Shown piece by piece: positions 36,814 through 49,305 of a stretch of 64,000 nt of DNA. This DNA is from Squalus acanthias (Eukaryota): the NCBI GenBank assembly GCA_030390025.1, contig CM059431.1:122266001-122330000 (forward strand). The letters are read 5' to 3'. The notes beneath the pieces were generated by a model. The model saw only the letters and a list, made by a program, of their open reading frames with translations, searched no databases and had not been told where the DNA came from. Numbering within the stretch: position 1 is the stretch's first letter; every line of letters starts with the position of its first letter. The translations under genes and the position numbers were made by a program.

Positions 36814-38004
36814 ATCTTGGTAAAGGGGTTGAAGCTTGCGCTAGGAATGGCCGCCTGGAGGATCGTTAAGCAGCTGATTGCCACTTATATTGCCTGCTAG
36901 CACTCATTAAAGAGGCTAGCAATTCAACTATCACCCTCTCCTAACAGCGATCAGCTGATTGGGAGTAAACTAGTCGTTGCTGAGAATTTCGAGTGCTACT
37001 TAAAGGTATATCACATTTCACTGTTCACTTGCCACTGGAGCTTTGAAGAGGACTTCTGAAAACACATCGGGAGACTTTCTGGGACACTTTGTCAAGACAT
37101 CACTAACACTCTATCAATGTTTATTCTGGAAATTCTCTGAGGAGAATAGAGTAAGGCCGCGCAATTCGGCACCTTAGCACCAGTAGTTCTTGACAGTTTT
37201 TGAAAAAAAGCATCGGCCGTCTTGCTTCCGCCCACTTTTGGTGCAGCCCGCGCTGCTCACCATCTTGGTGAAGACGATAGCGCAGGTGGTACATGTGTGC
37301 ACCGACAGTATGCAGAGTAGGCAAATCGTGATGTCAGTCAGCGTGCAAAGCTGAGTTGATGCAAGACCTGCCATTTTGGATGTCGCCACTCCAATCAACG
37401 CCCTCTCCTAAATACGTGCAGCTGAATGCATGGGAACCCCCACATGTGCTATTTAAAGAGATACATGCAACTTGCAGAGTTTATATGAGTACTGGTTGCT
37501 GGAAAACATTAAAAAGTTGTTAAAGTGTGCAGGGAGTGCTGCTCGACATTGGGAAAGTGTTGGCTGCTACTGGAAGGCCTCTGACTACACCACTTGCTCC
37601 CAGTCATGGGGGCTCTAATAGCAGTGCCCCTCGCACTGCAGCATGACAGGGAGATAGAGCAGAGGCAGCAAAGAAGACAAGCTGCTTGCAGAGGGAGGAG
37701 GGGGAGGGGAATGAGGGCTCTCAGCAGGAGGCCTTACCCACCCAGGACCTTCAGGGAGCACTTTGCCTACCTGCACCTAAACCAGGAGCAGTGTGTTCGG
37801 CGGCTCCGCTTCCCCAAGGAGGTGGTCACAGAACACTGCCACCTCTTGCAACCAGACCTGTAGCCTCAGAGCAGGGTGATGATGGCACTGCCAATGGCCC
37901 TCAAGGTAACTGTGGCCATGAACCTTTTCACCAGCGGGTCCTACCAGGCTGGAACATGCAACATAGCAAACATTTGCTTTTCGCCGTCCAAACCTAAAAA
38001 GCAG

Positions 38005-39165
38005 CTTGATACAACTGAGTGACTTGCTCGGCCATTTCAGAGGGCAGTGAAGTATCAACCACATTGCTCTGGGTCTGGAGTCACATATAGGTCATGTGGG
38101 TAAGGACGGCAGAATCCTCCCTCAAAGGACATTAATAAACCAGATGCACTTTTATGATAATCCGGTAGTGTCATGGTCACCATTACTGATAAAAGCTTCT
38201 TATTCCAGATTTATTTAATTGACTGAATTGAAATTTCCCAGCTGTCGTGGTGGGATTTGAACTGCATGGGCTGGTATTTACCTGCCGAGACGAGTTAGGG
38301 GCGAGACTGCTGCCTTCTGGGTTCCAGTCCCACCCCCAGCGACGTCCAATGCACAGACGCTATTTTCCCCTGATTGGCCTTGTTAAGCCGCCCTGCGGGC
38401 TTGCTGGCCAATTAAGGGAAAGCCGGTGACAGATGACGTCAGTTGATGATGCTTCATCTGCCGGTTTTCTGAAAGGGGCATGAACCATTTATTTTTGACA
38501 GATGATTTGACAGTGTTTGACAGCATTGAGGTGCTGTCAAACACTGACAATCACTGTACAAAGGTGAGCCCTTTTACCCAGGCTTTCCAATGGCTCTCTC
38601 CTTAGGATAAAACAGATAGCAGCTGCAGGTGAGGGTACAGAAGCGATCTGTCACTTCTCCCAATGAGGTGAGGCCACACAAACACTTCAAAGCTTGCCAC
38701 CTACAGAAAAATCTAAACACATTAAAAATGACTTTCTCAATACTTCCTTACCTCTGATAGATACCCACCAGTGTCCCATTGCATCCTTCACACCACTTTT
38801 GCAGCTGTCATCTATACACAAACATTACAATAGACCCACAGCATGCCACACTTACCCTGGCGGGGTTCCCCGCCGTCGGGAAGCCCGCAGCAGAAGTCTC
38901 AAAATGGGAAAAAGCCTCTTAACTGCCTGTTAACTACCTGTTAACAGGCAGTTAAGTGGCTATAATCCTCTTCCCGCTGCTAGGAGTTGGGTCCTTGTGC
39001 AAATCGGGGACCCGACTCCTGGGAAGATTGGTTGGAGGCAGGTTGGGAGTGGGTTCGGGACCCACTCCCATTCTTTTTGATTTTCCCAGCAGTCCCGCCT
39101 CCAAACCCACCTCCTCAGGGCTGGTAAAATCCAGTCCCATGTCTCTGGATTATTAGTCCAGTCCT
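38005..39165 (-). mobile_element. tRNA-derived SINE split by a Harbinger derivative
   Basis: Minus strand tggactaataatccagagacatg|cagttcaaatcccacc (B-box-like) joins across the insertion. Confidence 0.6.
38268..39137. mobile_element. Non-autonomous Harbinger derivative
   Basis: TIRs GGGCTGGTATTTACC and GGTAAAATCCAGTCC; TSD CAT; same family as 3328-5092. Confidence 0.85.
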
Positions 39166-40271
39166 TTGGATTAACTAATTACAATGAGGTCTTTATTTCA
39201 GAAAGCACCTCCCCTTTAAGAAGTGCAGACAGCATTTCAAACTGCAGCATCGCTTTAAATAGAGATCACTTCCTATGAACTTTGGCCCCCTGCTGAGTGC
39301 TCAGCCAGTCAGCAGCTCACTCAGCGCACCAATCATGTTAATTAGCAGGCAGCACAAATGCCGCATGCTGCCTGCATTACTTTCACCGGGCACAGGCAGG
39401 TCGCGCATCGCGATCCCGCACCCGTTTTCAGGCCTTATCTAATTTTAAGCCCTAAGTGTTGTGCTACTCTACCTTAATGAACAACTTATAGGAGTCACGA
39501 GGAGAAAGAGACCGCTTGGTCATCAACATCTTGCTGGGGGTTCCCCTTGGTCTGAACAAGGAATGTGAGGAAGACATGAGGCCAGGCAGAGCAGCACCAG
39601 CTGCTGGAGGAGAGAATGACAGGAGGGACCGGAGAGCAAAGTGCACTCCTTCCTCCCTGCAGGTACAGGACATCCCTCCTCCAGGACCTCTTCCTAGAAC
39701 CTGCGCGCCCTGTCCGTCAGTCCCTGAGCCATCCTGAAACCTGCTGCTATGTGTCAGCCAGCCCACTCCACACCTTCAGTGGAAGTGGGTGCGTGGAGCC
39801 CACATTTACTGCTCCACGAAAATTGCTTCTAATCAGCGTTTGAGTGCTAAACCTGCAGGTGTCTCTATTTTAGCACTTCCAGGAAAGTTTAAATTATGGT
39901 AATCAGCAGTTAGGACCAAAATTGCGTGCTGAAACCAACCTTCAAACAGGTGTGCCTTATTAGCAGGGCAATTATTTAGCGACTGTTTTTACCCTTTCAC
40001 CAAAATAACCCCCACAATCTCCACATCCGGCCTGTCTGCCCCACCCAACTAGGCATCTGACCAACCGACCCGGAATGTAAACTCCCCCACCACTCAACAT
40101 CAAGTGACACGCTGTTACTGCCTGAATGACTGCCTCCAGGTTGATGTCTTTTTCTTGTCACCTGTTCCTATACTTCCTGCCACAGGAGGTCAGGTGGTTG
40201 GGAAGCAGTAGAGACAAGGACAAGCACCAGCGCATTCAGTGTCAGATGAATAAACTTATACTTATACTTAT

Positions 40272-40336
40272 ACAAAAGCAAAATACTGCAGATGCTGCAA
40301 ATCTGAAATTTGAAAGGTCATCGACCGGAAACGTTG
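40272..40336. mobile_element. Penelope-like remnant with partial hammerhead
   Basis: tgaaaggtcatcgaccggaaacgtt matches the 3' part of the 3208-3244 motif; the CTGA part of the core is lost. Confidence 0.55.
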
Positions 40337-40345
40337 AAACTGAAA

Positions 40346-40712
40346 TACTTGTTTATTTTGAAAAGACAAGGTGAAGGTGAGGTGGGAACCATTCATGTGG
40401 TGTAATACTGCTACAAAGACAAAAGGCTGGGCAGTTGGAAACAATATATTGAACATATGAGTAATTTGAGACATGGCATGTGGTAAATGGAGCATGCTTG
40501 GGAGGAACAATTGATTTAGGCCTATGGTTCCCAAAGCTCTCCACCACTGGGGTTTTCCTCGCATCATGTCTGGGTCTGTTGTAGCCTCATTTATAGAGAT
40601 CGATTTGATTAGTCAACAACTCATTTATTGTTGCATCTTGCGAATGTCAGGATGGTAGAAGACGGACTAGATGGACTTTGATCTTTTGTTGTCTAGCAAT
40701 TTCTATGTTCCT
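40346..40712 (+). mobile_element. Old CR1 3' fragment
   Basis: gaagacggactagatggac..tttctatgttcc tail; degenerate ORF2 end. Confidence 0.55.
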
Positions 40713-41687
40713 TGGCATTATTTTTGAAAGTCTATTATTTTGAGGTACTCTCCATGTGCGTTAAAAATTAATTGGCAAAAAAATTAAGACGATTAATTGA
40801 CAGGCATATTATGTACCTAACAGTGGTACAACATGTATCAATACTTGAATACAAGGCACATGGGGTATCATTTCACTTTCATCTCCAACATGAATGTAAA
40901 AATTTACTATAGCCATTAAATGTAACAATAAGCTGCATTCCAGCAATACTCTTATATAGTGCCTTGTTTATCCATGCTTATGTTTTCCTTAAGGCTTTTT
41001 ACCTGCATACTGTAAGGGTAGAAGAGATAAAACTGCAGACTTTTTCACGACCACCAACATCAATGTCACCTTGGGTTAGCCTAACAAGAATGATGTGTGC
41101 TGCTAAATGAGGAAATGTCAGTTTTTCCTCCCCTGAGGTAAGACAAGTCACTTCGATCGGAGATCCTGGAAAATTGGATAGACCCGAACATTTCAATCAG
41201 CTAATTGCTGGTCTCTCTTCCATATCTTTCAAAATGAAATACAGTGGCACTTCTTGAAAACCCAAGTGAAATATCACATCACACAGCCAGATTGTTTCAT
41301 AAGTCCTGCCCAAAGTAGAATTCCAACAAAACACTCCTTGCTATAATTCAATGTTGTATCATTCCCAAAGACAATATTTTAAAGAAGCTTTATCAGTTCT
41401 TCAAATAAAACAGATTAGTGTGTTCACAAATTTATTTAAAACTTTCATAACATTGAGTTCACAACCAAACTGAAATCTTAAAATTCCCTCACCTTTGAAG
41501 TATATGTTTCTGCAGTTGAAGCCTAATGCAAAAATATTAAGATACCTAAACTGGACTACAAGCTTACAAATCATGCTTTCTTTGATCAATGTTTCTTTCC
41601 CATGTTGCTTGTGAGCTTTCCTCCTTACTTAGGAATCTTTACTTTATGATAACATTAAGCTAGTCTAAAGCACCATTGTACCTTTTC

Positions 41688-42275
41688 TCTGTCAGCTTAA
41701 TTTAGTTGGTAGCACCTGACTTCTGTGTCAAAATATTTCAGTTAAAGCTTCACTCCAGGACTTGAGTCCATAGTCCCAATTTTAACCTAACTGCCCTTTG
41801 AGAATGGGATGGGTTCGGGTTAGGTATCCGATTTACACCCCGTCCAATTTCACGCTCCATCGGGTGCATCCAACTCGAACACGCCCCGTTCTCGCTGGGC
41901 GGGATAGGTTAAAATCATGGCTTATAATCTAGACTGACACTCCTATACAGTGTTGATGGAGTACTGCATTTTTGGACATGCTGTCATTTGGATGAAACAT
42001 TTGCCTACTCCAATGGTTCAGATTGATGTTTACAATGGTATTATTCAAAGAAAGGAAAGCAGTCCCATTTATGTCCAGACCAATATCCCTCCCTTAACAA
42101 CACCACCATAAACGGATTATCTGGTTATGCATCTCATTGCTATTTGTGAGATCTTGCTATGTGCAAATCATTTATTGCATATGCCTATATAATGCTCCAC
42201 TTCTAAGTAATTCATTGCATTTGAAGTGTTTTTAAGGTTACTGAGAGATGTGATCAGGTACAATATTAATGTTTT
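41688..42275 (+). mobile_element. Degenerate SacSINE1-type SINE with a palindromic MITE inserted at about 41773-41921
   Basis: SINE head, body and tail recognisable; the insert has arms AATTTTAACCTA and TAGGTTAAAAT. Confidence 0.7.
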
Positions 42276-43291
42276 CCTTATCATTGCAAGAAACTCTTTA
42301 AGGTCCATTTCTTTGCGCATGCATAGATATTCTGACATTACCAGTAAATTGTCCATGGCATTGTTCACAGTTAGTTGATGAATATAAAGTTTCCTATATA
42401 GGCGAAATGGCAACAATGTGGAGAGAAAGGCTTCAGAAACTCACTCTACAATGCTACCTAGTCACCACAGCATATAATTGCATTATGACAGTTGACATAG
42501 CAATTTACAGTGTTAAATGTTGATCCTAAGATGTGAGCAAAAATCGTGGCAACAGGAAGTAAGGACTGGAAGTGTGCCCCCTATGCAAGAATTTTAATAA
42601 TACATAGATATCCGTTAGCCTTTATTTGTTCTTTTAAAAAAAGCTTGTGCCTTCTTGTAACCTATTCACCTTGGAGAATCATGGAGCACTAAGTCTAATT
42701 GTTAATCTGCTTTAAAAAAAAAAGAAGGCCATTGTGTAACATGACAAGATTAGCATTAACCAAGGTTATATTATCGACAAAATTGTGTTGATATACTTCC
42801 ATTGTAAGCTAGATATATCTTAATATTAATGTTCAATGGAAGGTAGTATTTGAAACAGTACTAGTTGTTAAAGGGTTAAGGCAAGCACTATCCACAAAAT
42901 CATTCCAACTTTAAGGGATTCTAATCTATATGATCAATGGAGGTTATGTAACTGAAACAGGATAGACAAGGTGTGATAAGGTGTGAGTTACCTCGGGTCA
43001 AAAGAACTGTACCTGAAAATGTAATTAAGGATTCATGTTTGCTCCGACAATTAACGTTCAATTCTGTTCGTAGCTGTTCTCAGCAATCATCAGCAGTGAC
43101 ACAAAAGAGATTTATTTCTCCTTATGCAAGAAAGAAAAGTTTTCATAAGAGAAAAAATTGCAAATAAAACAAAAGACAATTATCTCAGATTCTTTGCAGC
43201 AAAAGCAGAAGACTCAATGTTCAGAGCTGAAATAATTATTTTTTCTGTTATTTACTTGAAATACAAACTATTGACTCAATGTAACACACAC

Positions 43292-44090
43292 TGGGATAGA
43301 TTGTGACTTTGTGCGATCGTGTAAAATGAGTGGTAGTGAATTGGCTGCTTATTTTACATCTTTCCTGAGTTTTTTGAAGTCAATGGAAAGAAAAATCAGG
43401 AGAAATGTAAAACGGGCTGCTGACTCAGCATCACCAGATTTAATTTGATTGAGTAGAATGGGCCTATATTCTCTGGTGTTTAGAAGATGGGAGGTGATCT
43501 CATTGAAACGTATAAAATTCTTAGAGGGCTTGATAGAGTAGATGCTAAGAGGCTGTTTACCCTGACTGGAGAGTCTAGAAGTAGGGATGATAGTCTCAGA
43601 ATAAGACGTCAGCCATTTAGCACTTCATTGCAGCTCACCCGCTGTGGGAGGGCAGAAGATTGGTAGGCTCCCATGGTGAGCTGACCAGCAGGTCAGGCTT
43701 GGGTGGGAGAAGCCGATCTTGGAGAGGAGGGTACGAGCATGGGCCAGCATGGGCCACAATATTTCTTCAGGGCCAGAAAAAAGCATTCCTGGTCCTCCTG
43801 ACCCCACAGAGGTTCTACCCAAACCAATTCTGGGTCTTTTGTGGAATGGCCACCAGCAGTCCCTTTAAGGACCTTTGAGTAGGCCACTCACTGGCTGGTA
43901 AAAAAGGGTGGAGCATGCATGGCACGCTGTCAATTTGTACCCAAACTGGGATCGTACAACTGGCAAAGGATCTCAATTTGCATATGGAAACAGCCTCCAG
44001 GCATATAGCTAACTCAATTATTGGCCCCCCTGAAAATTGCAACAGGCAGACCTTGGGCATCCATGGGGCAGCTAAAGTGCCCAATTTTAA
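43292..44090. mobile_element. Cluster: palindromic MITE (43292-43443), CR1 fragment (43444-43620, plus), GC-rich MITE fragment
   Basis: First part resembles 45389-45550; the CR1 part encodes LSRMGLYSL..GDLIETYKILRGLDRVD. Confidence 0.7.
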
Positions 44091-45388
44091 ACAGCAGCTA
44101 CTCGTTTTTCAGGTCAGAAGAGGGTAGTCGACAGTTGAAAATTGTCCCAAATCTCTCCTCTCACCAACTCGCGGAAGAAAGTGAGATAAAGCAAGGTTTT
44201 TTAAAAACATAAAAAGAAAGACTTGCAGCTGCACCAGGAATATCAGCTATATAGACTGCATCATGAGCCGACAGGAAAACCTGTGCATCGTATTAGAACC
44301 AGAGGGTAAATCGATTACTCTGTCACTGGAAGAGGCCGAAACTCCACGAAGTCATCCTATGTAACATTTACCTTGTTACCAGATTAAAGAAATTGTATGC
44401 TTCTTGTTATACTGTTTTGCTATACTATTTTGATGACAGAAATTAAAATCTGCCATACTCTGTTGGGTTGATCGCAATGAGAGCTGTGCTCCTGTCATTT
44501 TGAAAGTTGGCTTTTTATTATGCTTGTGGTGTTCACATTGATACTTACATTTTCATAGATGCAGCAGAAAAGTTAGGTGGTTAGAAATACAAAGTGTAGT
44601 ATTTCACATTGCTAATATTAACAATTAACCTTGAGCTCACCATATCTGTGCAGTCAGAGTCATAGCAAGAGCTGTTGGCTGTGCGAGCTTTAGTTTTTAT
44701 GTTGAGATGCCTCAGGGGGTCAAGAATTACAATCTCAACAAAACTAGCTCACTCCTGGCACAATTTCTAAACCACCTTTTCCTAAGTGCTGTCATCATTA
44801 CGTATTGCACAAAATTCAGTGTTACGGCAGAATGCTTACATTATACTTTAGGACACAAACTAGAAAGTCAACTTTTAAGACTGGTAAAAGGGGATTATTC
44901 TCCACTGAATTTGAACTATATTTTGCAATGTTTGGAAGACAGCTTCCAACACACACTTATCCTTCTCTTTCCATCGCCAATTATTATCCTGTTTCTTTTG
45001 CTTTTAAGTTATTGGTTAGAGACAGCCTGAAAGCGAACATTTTGTGGCTGAATTCAAGCAGTGTGATATTAGGGGTGTTCTCATGAAATTGCACTGCTTG
45101 TTATTTTAAACATAGGTTAACCCCTTTATTAAAAAAGCAGGCATAGGCACATTGTGAAAAGGCTTTAAAGTGTTTGAATCACACTGCAATTTCAAGTCAT
45201 TTGTACAGAGCTCTTCCTCTGCTCTGAATAATAATTGATGATGGAAAGAGATGCGTAAGCGCGTTATTACTGGAGCAGAACTTCATTATCATATTACATG
45301 AAGGGAAATTACAATATAAAATGTGTGCTCCCACACTTTCTTGAATCAGCAACTCTAAAGTGGCAATAAAAGGCGTTTTAGACACACG

Positions 45389-46336
45389 GAGGGTAATTTT
45401 GACATAGTGCGATAATGTAAAAAGGGCGATAGCGAGTTGGCAACCCTTTTTATATCGCTCCCGATTTCTATTTCTATAGACTTCAATGGAAATAAAAATT
45501 GGGAGAGATGTAAAACGGCCTGCCAATTAGCTATCACCCATTTTACACTTTGGGGGCGATTTTGCCAGCCCTGGGGAGACGGGTTTGGAGGAGGGAAAAT
45601 GGCAGAATCTGGGGCCGGGTACCCATCCCGCCCCAACCCGCCTCCGTGCCATCTTCCCAGGAGGCGGGTACCCGACCCGCGCCAGGTCCCGTCTCCTGGA
45701 GGCGGTAGTTAACAGGCAGTTAAGAGGATTATCCCCATTTTACCCACACAAGTGCGGGCTTCCCGAAGGCTGGGAATCCCGGCAGGGTCAGCGAGGCGAG
45801 CAGTGGGTCTGCGGGGGTCGGAGGGGTCCAAAAGTGCACTGTGGAGGTGAGTGATGGGTGCAAGTGTGGAGAGGTAAGTATGAGAGGTGAGTGAAAAGTG
45901 TTAGAAAAAGTTTCCTTACCTTTGTTTCTTCCTGCAGGCTTCAATCGTTGGGGATCCGGAGGCTCCAGCATCTCAATGGCAGAGATGACAGAATGGCTGC
46001 TACATTCTCCTATGCAACAGCCACCTGCTTTCTGCTCAGAAAATAGGTTTTGTGAGTCTTGAGTACAAGAACTCACCAAACAACAGAGAATGTCAGTGTT
46101 TGACAGCTTCTCAAAGCTATCAAATAATTCATCTGTCAAAAGTTCTCTGTAACCGGCTTCCCCTTAATTGGCCTGCTAAGCCCGCTGGGCGGGCTTAACA
46201 AGGTCAATCAAGGGAAAATAGCATGGGTTGGCCACAAGTTGATGGAGGCGGGACTAAAACTCGACAAGCAGCATTCCCGCCTCCAACGCGCTCCCATTGG
46301 CAAAATCACCCCCTATGGTACAAAGTCAAAATCTAC
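45389..46336. mobile_element. Palindromic MITE split by a Harbinger derivative (45552-46313)
   Basis: Outer arms GGGTAATTTTGAC and GTCAAAATCTACC; inner TIRs GGGGGCGATTTTGCCA and TGGCAAAATCACCCCC. Confidence 0.8.
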
Positions 46337-46708
46337 CACGCTGATAAGAAAGTATTTTATGATAATTTAGTGGGCTACATTTCCCCTTTCTGGTCAGTCA
46401 CGATGTTAAGGCCAGGTTTATCATCTTTGGGGCGGGGCTTCCACTCAGCCCTCCAGTTCCGCCTCAATCCAAACCCATTTCACAGAGACAGATTTCAAGA
46501 AAGACGTGCGGTGGGCTCCAGGTGAGATTTACGCTGCGAAGGGGCTGCTCGCCGTCCGAAGAGAGAAATGATGCTGGTGCTGCAGCGGGATAGCCGCTGT
46601 AGCCCCAGGAAAGGCCAAAATGGAGCAGAATCCGAGGAAGACCGATGGAGCTGCAGCTTTGTGAGCCTTGACGGAGATTGAGGCCTACATAGATAAGTAA
46701 TTGGAGGG

Positions 46709-46860
46709 ACATAAGAAGATAACAACATAGGAAATAGGAGCACAAGTAGGTAATTCGGCCCTTCGAGCCTGCTCTGCCATTCAATAAGATCATGGCTGAT
46801 CGTCCACCTCAACTCTATATTCCTATACTATCTCAATATCCCTTGAGTCCCTTAGCATCC
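46709..46860 (-). mobile_element. CR1 3' tail
   Basis: cccttcgagcctgctctgccattcaataagatcatggctgatc. Confidence 0.85.
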
Positions 46861-46897
46861 ATTTTCCATGGTACTATATTTAATATATGTTATATTT

Positions 46898-47838
46898 GTC
46901 CTGGCCAGCCTCCCATCTTCCACCCTCCATAAACTTGAACTCATCCAAAACTGTGCTGCCCATATCCTAACTCACACCAAGTCCTATTCACCCATCACAA
47001 CTATGCTTGCTGACCTACATTGGATCCTGGTCTGGCAATGTAATAAGACATAAGAACATAAGACGTAGGAGTAGGTCATTTGGCCCCTCGAGCCTGCGCC
47101 GCCATTCAATAAGATTATGGCTGATCTGATCTTGGCCTCAACTCCACTTCCCTGTCTGCTCCCCATAACCCGTGACTCTCTTACCTTTCAAAAATCTGTC
47201 TATCTCCACCTTAAATATATTCAATGACCCAGCCTCCACAGCTCTCTGGGGAAGAGAATTTTAAAGATTCACAACCCTCTGAGAGAAGAAATTCCTCCTC
47301 ATCTCCGTTATGCCCCCTAGTTCTAGATTCCCCCACAAGGGGAAACATCCCTGTCAAGCCCCTTCAGCATCTTATATGTTTCAATAAGATCACCTCTCAT
47401 TCTTCTAAACTCCGATGAGTATACGCCCAACCTGCTCAACCTTTCTTCATAAGGCAACCCCTTATCAATGTCTCAATTTTAAAATTCCCATCTCTGTTTT
47501 AAAATCCCTCCATGGCCTTGTCCCTCCCCTATCTCTGTAACCTCCTCCAGCCCTACAACCCTCCAAGATCTCTGCACTCCTCCAATTCTGGTCTCTTGCA
47601 CATCACCAAGTTTAATCGCTCCACTATTGGGTGCCCTAAGCTCTGGAATTTCCTCCCTAAACCTCTCCGCCTCGCTACCTCTCTCTCCTCCTTTAAAACG
47701 CTCCTTAAAACCTGCCTCACCTGTCCTAATATCTCCTTATGTGGCTCAGTGTCAAATTTTGTTTGATAGCACTCTTGTGAAGTGCCTTAGGACGTTTTAC
47801 TATGTTAAAGGCACTATATAAATGCAAGTTGTTGTTGT
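46898..47838 (+). mobile_element. L2 3' fragment split by a minus-strand CR1 fragment (47046-47466)
   Basis: LHKLELIQNCAAHILT..PITTMLADLHW; (TTG)n tail. Confidence 0.85.
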
Positions 47839-49092
47839 AATTTCCGATCACACAAAGATCAATGAACACTTCACTCCTATTAAACTGCAGTTTTTACACT
47901 GCAATGAAGAAACAAATTGAAACTTATTGTGAGGGAATCCCTCGTTTCTGAAGATAGTTAGTTAGAGGCTGCCAAGGGATTCATTGTGGTTGGATAATTT
48001 CTTATATTGCTTTAAATATTTAATTATTTGTCAGAAAAAGTATGATTAGAAAATAAGGTTAGAGAATTGGAACAGCAGTGTCAAATTAAAAAAAAAACCC
48101 TTGAGAGATTTGGAAAAAACTCCATTTAGTAAGAATTAAGTTAAATCTGATACTTGCATGGAAAACTGAAAGAAATATTAGAAATGGAAATGTTATATCG
48201 TGTTGTATGAGGAGAGAACAAGCCAGTGGGATAGCTTTGGACTGGCTGTAAGCAAAGAGCTGGCACAGACACGATGGGCCAAATGGCCTCCTTCTGTACT
48301 GTAAACTTCTATGGAGTGGTATTAAATGGCTCAGAGCACAGACCAACAATGTCCTTAAGTCAAACAGGATAAATACTTAAAGTTAATGGGGGTAGAAATT
48401 GCTTCACGTCCCACCAATTTTTAGAGCACAAATTCAGTGTTGGACCTACAAATTTTGCCGTCGGACATCTCACATCGAAGTGTGTACAAAGTGTGGCCGC
48501 CGCCATCTTGGTAAAGGTGGACATTAGGTGTCCCTGCCAACAGCCTGCAAGGAACTCTGGTGGCATTAAAATATGTTAATAGGGCTCCTGTACTTGAATT
48601 AGGACCCCATTTTTACGGAATTAGTGCTTGCGAGCCTTTCATTCATACTTTTTTATACCCAGCCAGAAAAACAGGGTGCCAATACTCAGGAAGCTGGCTG
48701 AAGCAGCACTATTTAAAGGGGTCCTCACCTCTATTCAGGTAAGTCATTGGAAAGTCGTTTTTGGCTACTGGGGATTTTTGAAGCTATTTTTGTGGCTATT
48801 TGGCTGAGTTTTGGCAATAGTTCAGAATACACAGCAGTTGGACTGCTGCCTTTTGGCTGCAGCTGCTCTTTATGACTCCATTAGCTGCAGGAGGCCCAGA
48901 AAAGGTGAGAATGTTACTGGGAATACCATTGAGGCTCTCAAAGCAGTGACAGCAACAACAGCAACAGCAACAACAGCAACAACAGCAGCTGCACAGACTT
49001 GTGAAGGCTCCAGGAAGACGACAAAGGAGGCACGGGTCAAGGAAGCGTCAAAACGTGCGGGTCTTCCGGAACAGGATGTCTTACCTCAACAT

Positions 49093-49305
49093 GTGAGAAG
49101 TCGCACAACACCAGGTTATAGTCCAACAGCTTTATTTGAAATCACAAGCTTTCGGAGCGCTGCTCCTTCGTCAGGTGACTTCACCTGACGAAGGAGCAGC
49201 GCTCCGAAAGCTTGTGATTTCAAATAAAGCTGTTGGACTATAACCTGGTGTTGTGCGACTTCTCACTTTTGTCCACTCCAGTCCAACACCGGCATCTCCG
49301 CATCA
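49093..49305 (+). mobile_element. Penelope-like inverted insertion with two hammerhead motifs
   Basis: Perfect 86-bp inverted repeat (49093-49178 and 49181-49266); 12-bp TSD TTACCTCAACAT. Confidence 0.85.
49181..49217 (+). ncRNA. Minimal type-I hammerhead ribozyme motif (identical copy on the minus strand at 49142-49178)
   Basis: TCAC-CTGACGA-A-GGAGC agc GCTCC-GAA-AGCT-T-GTGA. Confidence 0.8.

Larger units (their letters stand above)
37155..39452. mobile_element. Internally deleted Harbinger with transposase 5' part (37606-37990, plus)
   Basis: TAA on both flanks; RRPYPPRTFREHFAYLHLNQEQCVRRLRFPKEVVTEHCHLLQP..ALKVTVAMNLFTSGSYQ. Confidence 0.8.
35116..40013. mobile_element. Outer non-autonomous Harbinger element hosting several nested insertions
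   Basis: Ends GGGGGCAATTTT and AAAATAACCCCC; the subterminal motif GCCATCTTGGTAAAGG (also at about 48502) is split by the CR1. Confidence 0.6.

Noticed and set aside
40994..41137. 144-nt plus-strand exon (tttccttaag..GAG|GTAAGA)
   Set aside because: All three frames contain stops; at most a non-coding exon, with no other support.
49093..49266. Assembly fold-back artefact
   Set aside because: The 12-bp TSD and the clean rejoining of the transposase sequence argue for a real insertion.
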